From Tubiluchus corallicola (Eukaryota; Animalia; Priapulida), in assembly GCA_030141605.1 (NCBI GenBank), contig JAQGDQ010002368.1, positions 620,001-684,000 on the forward strand: DNA of 64,000 nucleotides, written 5' to 3'. The stretch's first letter is position 1. Every line of letters begins with the position of its first letter. This document shows positions 39,682-53,504 of this stretch, piece after piece. The translations under genes and the position numbers were made by a program. The notes below the pieces were generated by a model, which was not told where the DNA came from, did no database searches, and was given only the letters and a program-made list of their open reading frames with translations.

Positions 39682-42600
39682 TTAATGGTAATGCTTTTTC
39701 TTTGAAATGACGCTTTTGAATAGTTTTGCAATACGGGCCAAAAATTCATAGATATGCTGTAAAATTTCAAAGGCATCACAGATTAAGGAAGCAGTTTGTT
39801 GTGCAAAGTTGATCAGAAAGTTGATTAAAGTTTCAAATTGTTCTTCCGTTAAAATGCATCTTTCCGTAAACACTGCACTAGGACAAGTTGACGCGGTTTC
39901 CTGTACGCTGACTGTCTCCATTGTTATATCACCCCATGTGAACAGAGTGCCGGTATTTGAACAACTCGTGCTCATTGCTTCTGAAATAAAGATTTTGGAA
40001 CATTTTTAATTACATTTGCTATTACCTAAAGTATAAATTCTTATATGATATTCTATTCTAATTAAATGCACATCGTTCACTTCCCACAGTTCTACTTGCA
40101 GCTTCACTGATTATAATCTGCAGGGCCCGACTTAATTAGATAAGAGAGGCCCTTGACTGCTCTACTTGTGAGGCCCATCCCAATGCACCACCATCGATTA
40201 CGACTATAGAAGGGGAAGAGTTTTAGTGAAGCCGAGGATGATGAATATCATAATACCGTAGTTAGTAAAAACAATGCATAAATAAAAAAACAATTGCAAA
40301 CTTTTGCAAGAACTGAGTTTTGCAAAGATTTTAAAGAATTATTGGGAATTTTTAGAAAAATTAGCCTGCTAGTTTATCTTCAGGTGATACATAAACTGAT
40401 TTTTAAAAGTCTACTGCTCAGTTCGCTACAACTGGGGCAGAAATTGCCGTCAAATTGAAATAATAATTAGCTTGCTTCTTTCACATCACTAAAACAAATC
40501 TTCAATAGTTATTAGAAAAGAATAATTCAGGGTGCACCCAGAGATATTATTGAATAAAATAGAAGGCTTATTTAGAAACTAGTGCACAAAATGCATAGGA
40601 AAGACTTGTAACAGTAATAAGATAATTATACTTTACCATTACCAGAGCCAGCCCCCTCCCGGATTTTAAGGCCCCAGCTTCAGCCTGTCTAGTCTATAAG
40701 TAAATCCGACCCTGATAATCTGCATTTTCATATGCTAATACTTTGATATGCCTTTCAGTTTACGACATTGTAACATGAACCGTAATGACTGCGACCAGAA
40801 TTATTATAAATTTTGCATATCATAGTAAGAGTAATCGTTTTGTATATAAGTAAAATCTGCCACAGTAATTACAAACAGTTTGAGATAAATATAACAGCTT
40901 TACAATAAAAGAGTATCTCTTTTCCAGCTGAATAATTAGTTTATTTACCTATTACATTTTCCTCTAATTTGCTGTCAAATATTGTAATATCTGTAACACA
41001 TCCTCGAAAGCTCTGTCGTTCTTCAAAGCCGCTTTCCACATTGTCTTGGTCTTGCCCAAAAATCAGACATCCGCCTGATTGGATTGAATCTGCGCCATCT
41101 CCAGTAAATGTACCTGTTTCTATCGTTAAATAATTAGTTAAAACTATGTACAATATGTAGCAAAAAAGACAAAATGCAAAGGCACTGCCACGCAAATATC
41201 ATTGCTATAATTTGTAAGTGACAGTACTTAAGTGAGTTCGCTTCGCGAAAACAACATCAGCCTATATTGAGAGAGCAGAATGAATAGCTGCAGCGATCAC
41301 AGGACGTGATTAAACTGAACTAGAAACACATTATCCTAACTGGGTAGTCCAATAGTTGCAAACTGTTACAGTAACTGTACACAATATTTTTTAATATAAA
41401 TAAAGGATAATTATCTTTTGAATTAATAATTATTATCACTCTCAACTGTTTATGTTTTTTAATTTTTAGCATATAAGATTCATTGAAATTAATTTATACA
41501 TGTCACTTCATTGAATTCTAAATGTGAAAACTCCATGGCATATGTATAGTGCGAGGTATTATTTAAGAAGCAAGAGCTACTAAAACTTGTGTAGGTGGAA
41601 ATAAAATAATTATTTGTCTAGTGTAATGAAAAAACTAAATGGAAGCACGTTTGCACGGACCTGTTACTCCATCCACTGTTACGCAAAATGAACCGTCCAT
41701 TGACCAGCCAATACAAACATAATGCCATTCATTGTCCCTCAGATTGGCTGCAATATCTGTAATCGTCCTGCCATAGTAAAATAACGTAACAGCGTTAACT
41801 GTGTATTAGTATTTAATAAAGTGTCATTGCAGCATTTACGTGGTAAACATTTCCATTCTTTCACGGTTTATTTATAATTGAATTCCATTATAAACTTGAC
41901 ATTTGTGCGGCAAGTGTGGTAGTATGGACGCATTATAGGTAATTTGTTAGCGATAAGGAAACTGAAGATCATATGAGAATCTGGTATGTCACTGTTGCTC
42001 TTACTGATAAAATTGTGCTATACTATCAAATTGCACTTCTAAAAACCGATACCCCATAGAATTTCTATACCTAAGTGAAGTGTTGTTCCGACAGATTGGT
42101 TCCGGTATTTGCGAAAAAATGCGGGTTCGGTAACGGTTTTGAAGAAAATAAAAAAATCTGTGTTGGTTTGGTATTGGTTTCGAGGAAAATAAAAATCTGT
42201 GTCGGTTCGGATGGATTTTTCGGGTTCGGAACAACACTAACGCTTATACATATTTCAACATAAACTGTGAAGGTCTCTCGTTGCGTAATTACTTGATAGC
42301 ATTAGCAGCAAGATGTTTAAACATGGACAGGCAAACATCTCCAGTTTTGAAAGATATTTGTAATTTTCCACTTGTGAACACAAATGTTCATAATTTGCAT
42401 TTATAGCTGATCTAAACAATAATCAATGATCGGTTAATCGGTATTGGTTTTGAGGAAATCATCATCTGTTTTCAAAGATAATCAATAATATATCGATTCG
42501 ATACTGGTTTTGGGAAAAATCGGTATCGGTTCATATCGGTTCGGATCGGTTTTTTCAGTTCGGAATAACACTCCATATGCCAGCAATAAGCTAGAATATA

Positions 42601-45600
42601 ATGATGTTTCAATACATTTCTAGGTATTGTTATACTACTTTCAAATAGATCATAAAATTACATAATTATAGGCCAATTTGAAAGTTGAGTTTTTCTTGGC
42701 GTACCTTTATTTTAGGCTGTATATCAACACATCATCAACGACTCATTTGCCTGAATTTCACATTTCTAAGAAAGTGTAAGAAAGAACCTTAACATTTGAA
42801 AAGTTTTGACAAATTATGTGAGACAAAAGTATAGAAGTTTTTAGAAAAGTCTGAAAAAGATCAAAGAAAAAGTTTTATTGTGAAAGAAATAGAATCTTAT
42901 GTTAGTAGTTCGTAGTATAATCTCACTGTAGCTCTCCATTGACAAATACAAGAATGTCGTTTCCTCGCACTAAGACTAAAAACTGGTTAGATGCAGCAGC
43001 CGGACCAGTAGCATATGACATAAGTGCAATGTCATCATCTTTGGCTTCAGGATTACCAGTAAATGGGACGTCAGTTTTCATCCACTAGAAAATTACATTT
43101 ATAGTGATATTAGAGATAGCTGGCGATAGGCAATAATGCCCCACTAGTCATTATTCACGAGGTTATAGGGAAAATAATCGAGTGCAGCATTTAAATTAAA
43201 TTAACAAAATCATTACAGTCTATTTGTTCTGTCACAAAATAGATATCAGACACTCAGTTCACTAGATTGTCAAAAAGATTCGAGATTTGAGTGATTGCAT
43301 CTTGGTAAAACATCATTTGCCTTCAGATTTATGTGGCCTTTTTGTTCTAGTTAGGTACTCCTACAGTATATCATAGTAAGTGATGAGTGAGAAGGTAGCA
43401 ACATTTGTTAAAAACCTATAGTGTTCATCTCTTTACCCTTCGGAACCATAGTGGACGACTATGACTAGGATAAAATCATTTCAGCAGACTCAGCTTCTTT
43501 ATGTTCCTCTGAGTTTTTTACAGAAATGAGGCTTACCATGCATGTTGTCATGGCGTCCAAATCAGTAGTGATTACATTATTTAGTTTTATATAATCTTCT
43601 GTACCACGTTCCGGAAATACAACCATAGTCTCTTCTGTAGCGTTTGTACAAGTTGGGGTCAGACCTACAACAAAATTAAAATACCTGTAATCTGATGATT
43701 CTGATTGCACTGAGGTGACATTGTGATTGATTCGGCAGGCTCATACCCAACTGAACAATAACGAAGCACACATTGGGACCACTGGGACACTTAATTGCAA
43801 GCACACCACCTTAATATAATATGTCACATTCAGCTACTGTTTATCTTCTAGTTAGGTCCAGTGAGTAGCACGTTACCATATATATTATTCGGATTCCAGC
43901 CAAAGTCTGCTGTCAGACTTACGTGCTAGGACTGCCAACCCTGAGTCCCGTCCATCGATTAGATTTTTTTGAAGCCCGTCCGTCTCCATAGTCCATCTCC
44001 GTTTCCGTGCTAAGAATGGCTAACTAAAAGCTGTTCTTTTTAACTTCTGAATGAGTGTTCTTTCGAGGCAGATTTTTGTTTTAGTCGTAGTACTTGAGGT
44101 TCTGTGCTGAAGTGTGCATAAATTAAAAGAAATTTCTAGAAAATTAACATTAAAAGCCGTTATGACATCTATTCCAAGGCAGTTGGACTCGTGGAACCCA
44201 TTTCTGTAATTTTCATTTCAACAATGACGACCGCCTTCAAAATGGCCGTCATTAGACTAGAAGAAAATCATGAAAGGAGCTTCTATAAATTTCTAGAGGC
44301 ATTTTTTCTAAAAGTGGGCAACATAGCCAATGTTAGCAAAGTTTGTTGTTGGCTTGAAAATCTAATGGAAAATGGTAAAAAATGCAAAAAATACAGTGGC
44401 TGCAAATTTTTTGCGCACACAATGTAAATCAAAACAAGTTCCCTGAAAATTGATATTATGAAGTGATGATGACATCTATTCCATTGACTTTGCTACCCGT
44501 TTCTGTTACTTTTGTACAGAAATGGTCACGGTTTTCAAAATGGCTGCCATACAAAAATAAATTGTGCCGACTAATTATATTACCTGTTTCATCTAAGGAT
44601 TTATTATAAAAATATAAGGCAGGTCATTTTTGTTAATTCGACCTTGACTCTAAATACTGCTAGACTAATAACTAATATTTAAAAATGAGCAAAAAGGAAA
44701 ATGGCTGCCGTGCATTTCGTGTAAAAGTTATAAAATTTAGCGGAATACTAGAATGTCAAGGTGATTAATTTTGGATAAAATAAGTCTTGCAATATGGGCG
44801 CTATTTTCAAGATGGCCAACATGGTTCGCTGGCATATAAAGGTTATATTACATAAAATTCAAACCCATCAAAGTGATCAATTTTGGATATGAGGTCAGAC
44901 GAAAATCATCCAATATTGCCACCATTTCAAAAATTGCTAAGAAGATGAAGGCTATTGCTAATTTTTTTAAAGCCGTATCTTAGCTACTAGAGCTTAAGTT
45001 TTATTTATGGGTTGCTTGGCCCCTGCATGACACCAAAATCTTCTTATCTGTTCTAATGGTTAAGATATATTATAGCCTTTACATGCTAGCGAGCCATCTT
45101 TTTGGTCATCTTGAAAATGGCGCCCATATTGAATAATTTTTTATCCAAAATTACTTACCTTGACATTCTAGCATTCTGCTAAATTTATAACCTTTACACG
45201 AAATGAACAATTTTCACGATTTTGCTGGACTATACGTCAAGCACGTCAGCGACAGCCACTATCTTTTTTGCTCATTTCTTATTATTAGTTATTAATCTAA
45301 CAGTATTTAGAGTCAACAAGGTCGGCCGTTTTGTTTTTAGCTTATTGGGCTGTTTGAATCGCTTTGTATTACTTTCATACTAGTAGCAGCTATCTAGATT
45401 CGAGAAGATCCAGTTGATTGGTTCTTGTTTGTCTAATAAATCTATGATAAAACAGTTAATGCAATAGCGTGATCGGCATTATTGCTTGGCAGCCATTTTG
45501 AAAACGGTAACCATTTTTGAAATGAAAATGACAGAAATGAGTTCCTCGGGTCCAACTGGAACCTTGGAATAGCTGTCATGTTGCCTTCTTAATATTAATT

Positions 45601-47430
45601 TTGTAAACGTTTCTCTTAATTTACGTTGTTTGCACAAAAACTTGGCAGCCATGTTTTTTTGCGTTTAGCCCCTTTCCGCTAATTTTTCGAGATGGCAACA
45701 GGTTTTTCGGATTCAGAGTAGTTAAACTGATAAGACTGGCTATGTTGCCCATTTATAAAAAAGACTAGACTATATATGCTTTTCCTAGTTACCCTTTATA
45801 TGTAAATCGCATTTAGAATGTATCCAAAATTTTACCACACTAGGCTTATTTGCGGTAAGTTTCATTTAAACGAAAATGTATAAAGCTGTAGCCCTTTAAC
45901 TGCATGCAAGTCATTACACATGCAGAAAAACGTGTAACATGATAAAATGTTGAAGGACATCATAATAAGCACTGTAGATACACATTCGTGGAACTGTATA
46001 TGCCCGGGGAAGTGTATAACATTTGCGTAATCCTTATGCATTACTAAACATATTAAATTAAGTACGCTATTAAAGGGAAACTAAATATTAAACATACGTT
46101 TGCATTTAATTTTAAATTCAACGAATTTAGCATAAAAGCTTTCTTCTAAATTAAGTCTATTATACACGTACATCGACTAATATTAAAAATATTCACATAT
46201 TACGTGTTACGTAATTCTATCTGCGTCAGCCTGATACACGTATAAATGTAATTTGGTCTACTTACTTTGAAGGTCTGTCACAGAAGATTCCACGAAGCTT
46301 TTATACTGAGTTAGATCGCTTTGTATAGAATCATATCTCGGGAAAGTGAATCTTGTAGGATCATATCGATTGGCACCTATACAGTTAACATAATCAAAAT
46401 GTAGCTTCAGTGAAAATATACTAAAAATTGATTGATGTTTTCAAGCTGAAAAACATAACAATATTTTATCGGTCTTCCCATGACTGCGGATAACCGCTGA
46501 AAAAGCAAAAAACTCGCAGTTACACTGGTTTACAACTTTACATTACAAAAGATAGTAACCAGAATCGGGAAGAGCCAATGGCTAGTTCGATATTACTGTT
46601 ACTGAAGTAGCGTTACTATGGCTTCACACTTGGTCTGTAATCTAAAAGGGAGGCTTGCTCTAAATAAATAATACGCTAATACTTCATGATATCAACTCTC
46701 GATTATTTAAATTCGTGTAATTCATGTTGTCAACAAATGAACTCGTTTATCTGTTTCTTCATGGTAATCCACACTTAAGTATATCTGTTAATATTCAAGT
46801 ATTTAAGCTTGTAAAGAAATTTATATTTCTAACTAAGCGCTTCTAGTCTCTGTACTAGTTTATATTGATTACAGAGTAATATTTATTTATTTCTCAACAT
46901 TCTGCTATGTATATATTTATGCTAGTAGTCATACTGTAATGCTTCTACTGTTTGTCTATTACCTGCACTCTACTAAGTGCCACATTTCATTGATGAGAAC
47001 ATTTATCATTTGTTAGAAACTGTCTGTTCAAGCCATGTTGCAATATTTCTTATTCAATAAAAATATATTGAAACTGTAAATGTAAAACTTTACGTGAATG
47101 AATTTTACTGTAAATCACGTATCTCTGCGTCTCCTTCCCGTTTGTTTGGTTATTGAACTTATACCAATCGCTTATTTATTTTTGATTCAGGAAAAAACCA
47201 AATGACTTGATTTGATCAATACTTACGTCGTGTATGAATCTTTACGGATGGATGTGCGCTTGATTCGGCAATAAACGTCATTAAAATAACTACTGCAGTA
47301 TTCATAATTGTACAGCTGAACTACATAAAAATGGATGCGTAAAATTGCATATTAGCTAAATGACAGATTATAAACGTGTTGTCATGAAAAAAGAACAGTG
47401 GTATGTAAGCTCACCTAACACAGATTGCAT
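39682..47430 (-). CDS. Secreted pentraxin-domain protein PTX-A2 (9 exons, about 372 aa), apparently intact
   Basis: Exons 47430-47415, 47292-47227, 46376-46266, 43809-43747, 43664-43537, 43084-42927, 41767-41661, 41119-40949, 39980-39682. All GT-AG, same lengths as PTX-A1, no stops. Carries WHYVCIGW and GQDQDNVESGFEERQSFRG. Confidence 0.87.
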
Positions 47431-47549
47431 AAAGAGGTAGTCACGTGCAAAGGAGCCAGTTGAATGAAAACATGTACAATAGTATATATCAATGGTAGAC
47501 TGAAATTTTGTTCTAGAACTAAAACTGACCAAAACTGACTGAAAGACAA

Positions 47550-48055
47550 AAATCGTCAAGGTCCAATTTCAGAAGCAATGCACTAGGTTCGAGCTCAATT
47601 CAAATATTCTCTCCGAGCATGTAAGAGAAATGAGCAGGTTATTGTTGCTGATCGGAGAGCCTACAGATATATGCACTGTAATTCATATCAATTCTGGGCA
47701 TCCATTAAAAAGGAGTCAAATTCTAAGCAACTCTCCTCCCTTCCCGCATTGGGTAAACCACTGGCGAAAAGCAAATATGTGATATGTGGAAGAACCACTA
47801 CCAGGCACTTCTTAATTCTCTTGACAATTGCGATCTACCAATTAGGCTAAAGGAATCTCTGACTACCAACCTAAACAATGCTCCTGCAATCACTGTAAGA
47901 GAGGTTCAGGATGCCATGTCTAGCCTGTCTCACCACAAAAGTCCAGGCCCTGATCGGCTCCAAGCGGAATATTATACATACGCAACTGGGCTTCTACCCA
48001 TATTGCTAGCTTTAATTTATACATCTTGCATTGCTCATAGTTTTCCAAATGCACT
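47550..48055 (+). mobile_element. Truncated duplicate of the LINE at 15535
   Basis: ORF 47784 MWKNHYQALLNS..KSPGPD..AHSFPNAL is near-identical to ORF 15755, then breaks off. Confidence 0.9.
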
Positions 48056-49131
48056 GCAAAAGATTTGGGACCAGTCATGGGATGCTAGTTTGGACTTGAA
48101 GTCTGCGACAGTGCTATCATTAAAGATTCTAAATTTTGAAACTACTGGTTTTGAATGAAGTGCTTTCAAGCTAGTTACTGAATAAATGGGAAATTGGTCA
48201 GATATGTCACTGTAGAGAATGCCCGAGTTTAGGTTGTCATTTGACACACAGTTTGTACATATATTATCGATTAAAGTTGCTGAGTAAGTAGTAATTCTTG
48301 TTGGTTGCTGATTAAGGGATACAATGAATGACTAGGTAGGCAATTGAGAAAAGATTCAGTTCCTTCGTGTGAGTCACAGTTAAGCAATTTTAAGTTGAAA
48401 TCGCCGCAGACAAAGATGTGTTTGTTTTTATCAATTATTTTAGAGAGAAGATTATCTAAACCATCAAGGAATACTGGGATACTGGTACCCGGAGGTCTAT
48501 ATAACACTCCAACTAAGACCATTTTTGTATGTTCTTGGGTAATTTTAACAAACAGTGATTCACAGGTTAGTTCATCGAAACAGTCTAAGCCATTACGAGG
48601 TTTACTGTTTAAATCATCCTTTATATACAGGGAAACCCCTCCACCTGTTCTCTGTTTGCGGGTTTTTGAGTAGTGATTATAATGTTTTATTGAAAACTGA
48701 TCTTTATTCTGATCATTAAGCCAGGTTTCTGTAAAAGATAGTATCGAAAATTCACCATTCAGCGTGGACAGTATAGTCACACTTTAATCTACCTATTCTG
48801 TTATAGAAGTTTAGGTCTGTATCAAAATCTGCATATTGTGAAGACAATAATCTTTCATTATAATCAAATGGATTTAGATGTAATCCAGCAAGTTGTAAGG
48901 TAACTGAATCGGGTATATCGATCAGGTCAATAGCGTTTTTGAATTGTATTTCATTTTCTATATTATTGAAGGGCAATATATCTGCAAGACAATTTGTACA
49001 GTACCACAAATCTACACTAGTTAAAACACTGTCTTGCTCTGTCGTTAGATTACATATCAAGTGTTGCCAAATTCCACAAACCTTACATAACAGACCTTTG
49101 TGGTCATTCCGTACCTTATGAAAATATCTGT
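48056..49131 (-). mobile_element. CR1/L2/Crack-type LINE fragment: PHD finger plus apurinic endonuclease
   Basis: CKVCGIWQHLIC..WYCTNC (PHD); FTETWL, RTGGGVSLYI, LYRPP, CGDFN, DISDQFPI (APE domain); frameshifted, no RT. Confidence 0.9.
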
Positions 49132-49259
49132 ATACACGCCCTAAAACAACATAAAACAACGCGATCTTCGCTTTCAAAACCTCTTAATTTCACGTCATTT
49201 TTGTAATAACTTAATGAAAGACGCCTTTGATGTTAAATTTACTTTTGTTTAATTTCAAG

Positions 49260-51906
49260 CTGGTAATTACGGTTCTATTCCTGGGCCAATACATTCGGGC
49301 GGATGCTTAATATTTGGACAGGATCAGACTGATGTGGGCACTGGTTTCACAGCAAGTCAAAGTTTTCGAGGAATGGTGACGGGTATCATTGTAGCAATAG
49401 GCTATAGGTAATGAGATTTATTAAGCAGACAACACTGACTGACAGTTCTTTTACAATGTACTTAATGTTTTTATTCTGACTGCTGTTTCTAGTTAGTCGG
49501 GGGCTTAGTGGTCAATGGGCAGCTTGGCTTTCATCGCTGCTTGGGGATTTTCTCAGTGCCAGATTAAGGCTCTGCTGGCCCTAATGCCCATTTTGATAAG
49601 TGACCTGAAACCACAGATATTTTGGGCTCACCGACGAAAAGAAAATCAGTTAAACTTAGAAAAAGAAAATTTATTGAGTAAAAATTTAGAACAACCAATA
49701 TTTTTTACAGTAATTACTATTGGTACATGTGCCCATATGCTTAGTTCGCCCTTGGCTTTCTTGGACTTTTTCAATGGACTATGTTTTACGATATACCCCA
49801 TTTCCTGTCAGGACCAATACTTGGATTTCTTAAGTGTATTGCTACAGTTTCATGGCCAACAAAAAAGGAAATTCTTCAGAGTGTTGCTGAGCTTCACTCA
49901 TTTCAGCAGCCTAGCAGAAGACTCACTGGCTCGTCAATATCGATGACAATGGAAAAAGTGAGTTTCTTTTCAGACAGTAATTTTCTCCTGATGTGAACGA
50001 ACTTTAACCCTATTATCATTTGGTCATGCACCATTTGGTTGTCATTGGTTTCATAGGAGCTGTCAGTAAAACTATAATTTTTAGCCAAGATTTTCAGTTC
50101 GGCGAATAAATTGTCAATGCATTCATTAGGACCCTGCTCGAAAGGCATAACATTCATACACTGAGTTAGCAGGGGCAGCAAAATACTGTTGCAAAGTGGC
50201 GCTTTCGCAGATTCATAGCTATCTAGTCGACTGCCTACAGAATCTTGAATAACAAGTTTTAAACCTCGCAGAATCCTTGTAACATCTAACTCCATCCTAT
50301 TCAGAAGCCAGGAGTTTTTGAGATCAGCAGTCAGCGGAATAGCTTGAAAGCTTAACCAGTCTTCAAAATCTTCCACATACAGCTTATACTACGCCCTCAG
50401 AGCTTAAGCAGCAAGATTAAAAGGACCAGGTGCAAGAGAAAATATCTTGGACAACTACAGTGACCCCCTATCATCATGAGATGTATTAGGACCAGACATG
50501 CTTTACACAAGAAGTGCGAAATTTAAACTGTAGCAGGTATTCCTCTAAAAGAAACACACGATAGATTAATTTCTTAAAGAAAAACAAAATAGCAGAGCCT
50601 TTACGACAAAAAAGCAAACAAAATTATCACATGGTTAACAAAAAATAAGGTGCTATTCATCAACTATGTTAAGTTAAAATTTTCGACAAACGTTCCTGTC
50701 AGAATGGTGTCTCATTCATTCGTTATTGCAAAGGTCACAGTAAAAAATACAAAACATTTATTTACGTGTAAAAATAAAGGAAAGAAATTTTTATCACCAC
50801 CTGAAAACTTATGAATTTTTTCCTGATTTTTTGTGGCCCGATTTTTGGCTGGCCTTAAGGCGTGTGCTATGTTTGCCTAATGATTAATCCGGCACTGGAT
50901 TTTCTCCCAGTCATTTCCCTTGACAAAGATCCCTAAAACATAGTAATATGCTCCTTGCAAAGTCATGAACAAATGAATAGGTCAGGGCTAAAGGGGCCAT
51001 TTGAAAATGTTTTTATGTTTGATAAACTACCTGATGGGTTAAGAAACGTCTGAAGAAATATTACGGCATCAGATCTGGATTCAGTTTTTTCGAACTTAGA
51101 GTGCTACGTACGAATAAAGATAATAGGCCTAAATGTTTTTTGTGAAATTATCATACTGATTAAAGTAGTAACTGAGTAACACTACTTGCTTGAAAGTTTA
51201 ATAAGTTATTTTCATAGTAATTGCGTCACGATAATGTACATAATTTAGACATGGGTACTGGTGTGCTTAGTTACGAAAGTTCAGGAATACTGAACCAGTT
51301 TACCAAACGGATGAGTATCGTTAGGAAAATTGCATCTGGGCGGTTTTGACTGCACCTTAAGCCTTTATTTGTTGAGTTTCAGTGATGCAGGTTCTATTTT
51401 CAACTTAATGAAATCACCCTCAAGTGAATTTCTGACTAGCTAAAGACGAACGTTCCATAAACTTCTAAATCATATAATATTGTAATCACAATTCTTACCA
51501 AATAAGTATTCATTTTTTCGCGTTTGAACTGCTCCAGTATATTCGCATCTGTCATGTGTCACAAAATTTATTTTGAACATAATAGCAATTTACTAAGATT
51601 AAAACATTTTTTCCAGATTCGATGATGGAGTCCTGTTTAAATAATGATGACTCCTACATCTTTAATTGGGAAACCCCAGTTATGCAGCTTATTGGTGGTT
51701 TGATGAAAGGTCAATCTACCTGCCCTGGACCAATTGAAATGGAAAGAGTGTGTGCTCTGAGAGAAGATGAGTTAGAAATACTCTTTGACTTCATCACTGG
51801 CATTGCCAAGAAAACAGCTTCGCTAATTTACATAATTTCTGACGAACTTAGACAAATTGGGGCGCGCCTCAGTACGTCTAGGCCTAGGTCTAGATATTAT
51901 AATTAA
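49260..51906 (+). pseudogene. 5'-truncated inverted copy of PTX-B (last two exons only)
   Basis: Exon 49260-about 49407 GGCLIFGQDQTDVGTGFTASQSFRG and exon 51617-51906 MMESCLNNDD..TCPGP..ERVC; no upstream PTX exons, abuts a LINE. Confidence 0.85.
49900..50470 (-). mobile_element. Duplicate of the gag relic (more intact ORF, 157 aa)
   Basis: ORF 49903-50376 FEQGPNECIDNLFAELKILAKNYSF..HDQMIIGL..IRRKLLSEKKLT. Confidence 0.72.
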
Positions 51907-52403
51907 AATGGAGATGCCTATAGTAACATTGTCAATTGATTTTTTATAGCTGGCCCAGTCTGAAAACACCCGGATGTACTGTATATATCTGTAAAGCTAT
52001 ACAGCTATACCTGTAGTTCGATTTTACATGGGATTTTAAATTTTGCTTTTTGTGTATTTTATGTAGATCGTTGTGTGTTTTGTGTATTTATGTAGATCGT
52101 TGCCCTGAATGACCATTGGTCTTGTCTAGGTCTAGTGCGATTAGCATAATTTCTCTGAAGAAATATGTTAGGTACTCGTTTAAAAAACACTTGTGCATTT
52201 TTCTTGAAAGTTCTGGAAGGATAGAGGTCGTATGAATTTCAATAAATAAAAATTTACAGAGTCTGACTTTTGCATTTTCATTTTTTGCTCGTGTGCCATG
52301 TATTGAAAAATCCAGTACAGATAAAGGTGTTATAACTACACAGTCATTTAGCATCTTCAGAAAATGTATAAAATTTATAGATAACAAGCGAGCTATGATG
52401 TTT

Positions 52404-52433
52404 CGACTACAGCAGGACATTATTATTATTATT

Positions 52434-52528
<95 letters not shown>

Positions 52529-53002
52529 TATTATCATCATTATTATTATTATTATGACAGTCAAACCGGATTGCAAAAAAAATTGACGCTAAGCGAGTTT
52601 GGCATTATAAATAGAGCGTTATTACGAGTTATGATCGTCGTTGTCATCGTCGTCGTCATTGTCATCATCATCATCATTATTAGTATTATTTCATTTCGAG
52701 CATAAAAATATACATATCGTAGATTTTTCCTTTATTATTTTAATGTTTATTTTACTGCGTAATCCACCAAACAATTATTTTGCATGCAGTTATTAGCACG
52801 ATTCATTTAACAGAATGACAATTGAAAAATAATAATGGGGCAAGAGTTTACAGCCCGAGTATACAACTTTTTAACAGCTTTATAATTAAGGTTGAGCATA
52901 ATTGCAAACTCTATTACAAAAAGTGCGAGAATTTGAGATGGGGGAGATAAGGAGAAGATAATTATGGCGAGGAAAGAACGGAAGCACGTGTGTGTGTGTG
53001 TG

Positions 53003-53034
<32 letters not shown>

Positions 53035-53070
53035 CGTGCGTGTGTGCGTGCGTGCGTGCGTGCGTGTGTG
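52404..53070 (+). repeat. Direct duplicate of 36461-about 37000, including (ATT)/(CAT)n and (GT)/(GCGT)n microsatellites
   Basis: actacagcagga.attatt flank; tttcgagcataaaaatata...gaaagaacggaagcacgtgtgt is shared with 36637-36940. Confidence 0.93.
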
Positions 53071-53504
53071 TGTGGTGCTAAAACGTGGCAAAAATACTTG
53101 GAATTTGATACAACGTGTAAGTTCTTAACACATGATATACGTGAATTTGAATGAGTCGAATTAACAAATCAGCCTAGCTAAAAATACCCACACAAAATCA
53201 AATATATTATGTGTGTGCACATACATATTCTCCTATCAATCCCATTTTTTGCTTTATTTGCGGTTTTATTTTATCAGTCAGTTAACAAATGACCTATTGA
53301 TGAAAATATATCACAACACAAATGCCGTTTTCAGATTTTTAAATTCAATAGCTAGCATAGGCTTTATCGTCTGACAATGACACATTTATCACTCTTCAGT
53401 CACAAAGCCAGTAAACTAACGTTATATTTTATACAGAATGTACTGTCACAAAAATATGTTTAGGCGTGTAATATGAATCGTGTAAATGCTTTGTATATAT
53501 AGTT

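Larger units (their letters stand above)
38388..48055 (+). repeat. Segmental duplication block 2 (direct copy of 6141-16026)
   Basis: Colinear match; it begins inside the left arm of the 6098-6259 hairpin and ends inside the LINE RT. Confidence 0.95.
49132..52404 (-). repeat. Inverted duplicate of 19532-22594, with an extra stretch of about 210 bp at 51953-52165
   Basis: Reverse-complement match from gatcgcgttgttttatgttg to gaaacatcatagctcgcttgttat. Confidence 0.95.

Noticed and set aside
47784-48158. Novel 124-aa fusion ORF
   Set aside because: Chance read-through from the truncated LINE RT into the antisense strand of a second LINE.
52088-53091. Poly-Met/Ile and HT-repeat ORFs
   Set aside because: Microsatellite translations.
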